Below, piece by piece: positions 60,787 to 64,000 of a stretch of DNA of 64,000 bases. A program made the position numbers and the translations under genes. Where the stretch lies: sequence record SRR33789315_132. One strand, written 5' to 3'. How positions within the stretch are numbered: position 1 is the stretch's first letter; each line of letters starts with the position of its first letter. Below the pieces are notes generated by a model. That model had not been told where the DNA came from and made no database searches. It saw nothing but the letters and a program-made list of their open reading frames with translations.

Positions 60787-61051
60787 GCTGGTTTCTGATT
60801 CAATGCAAAGCCAACCAGCAACAACCCGCCGAAACCAATCTAGGCAATAAGGACTTCGAGCTTTACACCCCTATGTCAAAGCTGAACGCATCATTCGCCG
60901 TCAGCCTGTGATTCGCGAAGGGGCGGTATTCCGAGGTAATTTGTTTATCCAATTTGACCGACACGCGCCCATGAAGTGGACAAGTTTGGTGAGTTTTAAT
61001 GGCTGTCCTCTTACCGTGTCAGATGAGCTGGTCATGGGTTTCTTGCAGTAG
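60783..61051 (+). pseudogene. rfaH: Frameshifted/truncated RfaH (NusG paralogue)
   Basis: MSWFLIQCKANQQQPAETNL..ELYTPM / KAERIIRRQPVIREGAVFRGNLFIQFD..LVSFNGCPLTVSDELV-stop matches the RfaH NGN domain; no intact KOW domain. Confidence 0.78.
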
Positions 61052-61135
61052 TTTGACTCAGAGTAAAAGCCGGTAGCTTTTCTGCGGTGCAATTCAAAGT
61101 GTAAGATAGATTGTAAACCTATACAGAGTGTAAGA

Positions 61136-62236
61136 ATGATACCAGTCACCAAACCATACCTTCCCGAACGGGAAAAGCTAGACAAATACATTGACGGTAT
61201 CTACGAGCGGCAATGGCTGACCAATAACGGGCAATTAGTCCAGGAACTAACCCGTCGCTTGGAAGATTTTTTGGGTTTAGAAAACTTGCTGCTTGTTTCC
61301 AATGGGACTTTGGCGTTGCAAATAGCTTATCGGACACTTGGTTTACACGAGCCTGTGAGCGGCAAATCGCCACAGGCTATCACGACCCCCTTTACCTTCA
61401 TAGCTACAGCTAGCTCCCTCAAGTGGGACGGTATAGATCCTGTATTTGCAGATATTGATCCTGAGACGTGGTGTATAGCACCCCAAAACATCGAAACTGC
61501 TATCACGCCTAGCACGCGCGCTATCGTACCAGTTCACGTATTTGGTAATGCTTGCGATGTGGAAGCTATCGATGCAATCGCCAGTAAACACAAGCTTAAA
61601 GTTGTTTACGATGCCAGCCACGCGTTCGGCGTGAAATACAATGGTCAAAGTTTACTTCAATTCGGTGATGCCGCAACGCTTAGCTTCCATGCAACCAAAC
61701 TTTTCCACACCGCAGAAGGGGGGGCGATTGTCTTCAGGCACAAAAAAGACTTGGAACGTGCCAAAAAGTTGATCAACTTTGGTATTACAGGCCCTGAAAC
61801 GATTGAAGAACTGGGCATCAATGCAAAGATGAACGAGCTGCAGGCTGCAATGGGACTGTGTGTGTTGGATGAGATTGAGCAAATCAATATAGACCGAAAG
61901 ACCGTAACAGAAATCTATAATAGTTATTTAAATACTAAGGTTCAGAAACAAAAGGCCCAAGCCGGCTCCTCCTCTAACTATGCTTATTACCCGATTGTAT
62001 TGCGAGATGAAACGCGTATTGTCAACGTGATGGATCATTTGCATGATTCAGGAGTTCACGCACGCCGTTATTTTTATCCCTCGCTAGATTCAGTAACTTA
62101 CTTGGAATCTACTGAAACTAACTGTCCTGAGTCGCGATGGTTATCACAAAGAATTTTATGCTTGCCAATTTATTCAGGATTGAGTAACGAAAGTATTAAG
62201 GGAATTGCAGAAACAATTTTAAAGGTATGTACATGA
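61136..62236 (+). CDS. DegT/DnrJ sugar aminotransferase (VioA-like)
   Basis: IPVTKP.LP, WLTN.G, NGT.AL, YDA.HAFG, SFHATK.F.T.EGG, RRYFYP. Confidence 0.9.
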   Translation: MIPVTKPYLPEREKLDKYIDGIYERQWLTNNGQLVQELTRRLEDFLGLENLLLVSNGTLALQIAYRTLGLHEPVSGKSPQAITTPFTFIATASSLKWDGIDPVFADIDPETWCIAPQNIETAITPSTRAIVPVHVFGNACDVEAIDAIASKHKLKVVYDASHAFGVKYNGQSLLQFGDAATLSFHATKLFHTAEGGAIVFRHKKDLERAKKLINFGITGPETIEELGINAKMNELQAAMGLCVLDEIEQINIDRKTVTEIYNSYLNTKVQKQKAQAGSSSNYAYYPIVLRDETRIVNVMDHLHDSGVHARRYFYPSLDSVTYLESTETNCPESRWLSQRILCLPIYSGLSNESIKGIAETILKVCT

Positions 62237-63177
62237 CTAGACCTCCAGCAGGGGTTTTTTTCAGAAACCCGGTGTCGTCTTCACATGTTATTGCGCATAT
62301 CAAAGCGCTGGTCGGTCTTAGCTTGTTGGAAGGCCCGAGTGATTTGGAGTTGGAAGGTACTTGTGACTCACGTTGCGGCGGCCATAAACAATTGGTTTTC
62401 ACTACATGTGAGCATTATTCGAACAGGTTATCGTTAACTGAGTCCTTAGTGCTGATTGACGAGATTCCCGATAAATTAATACGCGGTTCAAATCAGTTCT
62501 GTATGCTATGCGACCCCAGAGCTATATTTATAGATGTATTGACGTGGTTGATAGAAACGGTAGGTGTAGATGCCCATCATCGCGGCTTTACGAATGAAGC
62601 TACTATTTCAGTAAATGCTCAGGTATCAAGCGCTGCGATCGTTGAGCATGGAGTAGAAATCGGGTCAGGAAGCGTTATCAGTGCAGGTGCAGTGGTCAAA
62701 ACTGGAACCCGTATAGGTAAGAACACGTTTATTCGAGAAAACGCCGTTATTGGTAGTGACGGCGTGACTGTCTATCGTACGGCAGACGATAGGCTATTAA
62801 AATTTCCCCATCTTGGCGGTGTGTTTATTGGAAGTAATACCGAAATCGGAGTGAGCACCGTTGTTGCCGGAGGAATTCTTGCTCCCACGATTGTTGATAG
62901 TGATGTAATTATCGGCAGTCTGTGCAACATAGGTCATGGCAGTAAAGTAGGAAGATTGGTGTGGATGTCGGTAGGTTCACTGCTAGGAGGCCATACAACG
63001 GTTAACACCGGAGCGACCATAGCTATGGGGTGTTGTATTCGCGATAACTTAGTGATTGGAGAGAAGGCGTCCTTGGGTATGGGTAGCGTAGTGGTGAAGG
63101 ACGTTGAGGCAACACACGCGGTATTTGGCAATCCCGCTAAGCGAATGCCTAGGCTTAAAACGGGTCCTAGCCGATAG
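62227..63177 (+). CDS. LpxD-like left-handed beta-helix N-acyltransferase
   Basis: Hexapeptide repeats, DPR..F, IGSDG, KFPHLGGVFIG, NIGHG, GNPA. Confidence 0.8.
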   Translation: MYMTRPPAGVFFRNPVSSSHVIAHIKALVGLSLLEGPSDLELEGTCDSRCGGHKQLVFTTCEHYSNRLSLTESLVLIDEIPDKLIRGSNQFCMLCDPRAIFIDVLTWLIETVGVDAHHRGFTNEATISVNAQVSSAAIVEHGVEIGSGSVISAGAVVKTGTRIGKNTFIRENAVIGSDGVTVYRTADDRLLKFPHLGGVFIGSNTEIGVSTVVAGGILAPTIVDSDVIIGSLCNIGHGSKVGRLVWMSVGSLLGGHTTVNTGATIAMGCCIRDNLVIGEKASLGMGSVVVKDVEATHAVFGNPAKRMPRLKTGPSR

Positions 63178-63186
63178 ACAGGAGTT

Positions 63187-63762
63187 GTGATGTCTGAAAT
63201 TCTAAAATTTGTTTTAAAGGGGCACCGGAATTACGTGCAGGGAACCAGTTTGTTTAATGCACTGGTTGAGGCGGGTAGTCGGAGAGGTTTGACTGAGGGG
63301 CGTATTAGTGTGTCTTTTAAACACATGCTTCATAACCCTGTCGGTATTTTGGAAGAGCGAGCAGCAACTCCAGGAGATGCAGTTATAGCTAAGATATCGG
63401 GCAAAAATGGCAAGATAATCTCACTGTGTATTAACGAATCAGCTGAAACGGAAAAAGCCGTGCGTCAAGAGTTTAACGAAATCGAAGTCTGTCGTGATTC
63501 AGTCGTCGGCGATAAAAACATAGTTCAGTACAATCCGCAACACGAAGATAGGATTGAATTGCTTGTGTCGCTCTGTAAGAAAATGCATCAGGAGTGTATA
63601 GATAACACTAAAAAATGGGTATTTTCCCGTTATGAGGGAGCCTATCCAATTCGTATAACTGATAAAGTAGAGTTGCGTATCACAAAACAGGTAGGTACTC
63701 GATTGACGAACAGTGATGTATTGGCAAGTGGCCAAAAAATCGGTGAGATCTACTTTTCATGA
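63187..63762 (+). CDS. Hypothetical protein
   Basis: 191-aa ORF with CAGGAG RBS, in operon context; KG.RNYVQGT motif; start may be 63190. Confidence 0.7.
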   Translation: MMSEILKFVLKGHRNYVQGTSLFNALVEAGSRRGLTEGRISVSFKHMLHNPVGILEERAATPGDAVIAKISGKNGKIISLCINESAETEKAVRQEFNEIEVCRDSVVGDKNIVQYNPQHEDRIELLVSLCKKMHQECIDNTKKWVFSRYEGAYPIRITDKVELRITKQVGTRLTNSDVLASGQKIGEIYFS

Positions 63763-63788
63763 CAAACTAAATAGCTCAGGAGACAATA

Positions 63789-64000
63789 ATGCTTGGGATT
63801 CAAGCGGTAGCAAGCTACCTTCCGAATGGGCGGGTAAACAACCTAGATCAAGCTGACCATTTTCAGACGGCTAGAGATTTTGTAGAGCAGAAAATTGGCG
63901 CTACAAGTCTGCCAAGATTTGAGCAGCAAGATAATGTAGTGAAGGCCAGTGTAGCCGCTTTCGAGCGCCTTACTCAGAACGCCAGCATAGACAAGTCTGA
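63789..64000 (+). CDS. FabH-like 3-oxoacyl-ACP synthase III, 5' end (partial)
   Basis: AGGAG RBS; MLGIQAVASYLP....NL....F....DFVEQKIG open to the window end. Confidence 0.7.
   Translation, partial: MLGIQAVASYLPNGRVNNLDQADHFQTARDFVEQKIGATSLPRFEQQDNVVKASVAAFERLTQNASIDKS

Overview
Gammaproteobacterial chromosome segment; gene order and content suggest an aquatic Pseudomonadales/Pseudohongiella-OM182-like organism (inference only). The core block ftsB-ispD-ispF-truD-pcm-DUF368-nlpD-rpoS / fdxA-mutS (surE absent) is separated from cinA-recA-recX by about 31.7 kb of accessory genes. These are: a 7TM-DISM kinase/NarL-type regulator followed by two exported collagen-like proteins with identical 181-residue helices; an amidase remnant; a six-gene HEAT/GT2/orphan sensor/TPR-YaiO/GH-like/CE4-deacetylase polysaccharide locus; a TonB receptor; a wHTH-DUF4173 module with a repeated operator; DUF1800/DUF1501; and a CecR-YbhGFSR-OMF efflux system. 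After recX come a cupredoxin-adenylate cyclase pair, DUF1015, a membrane AraC, a secreted hypothetical, ibpA (sigma32 promoter plus ROSE-like hairpin), prpBCD with structured spacers, and the start of a capsule/EPS locus (rmlA, wza-wzb-wzc, EPS-MarR, rfaH pseudogene, VioA-like, LpxD-like, FabH-like). No CRISPR array, rRNA, tRNA, integrase or transposase was seen. All calls come from reading motifs by eye, without database searches.
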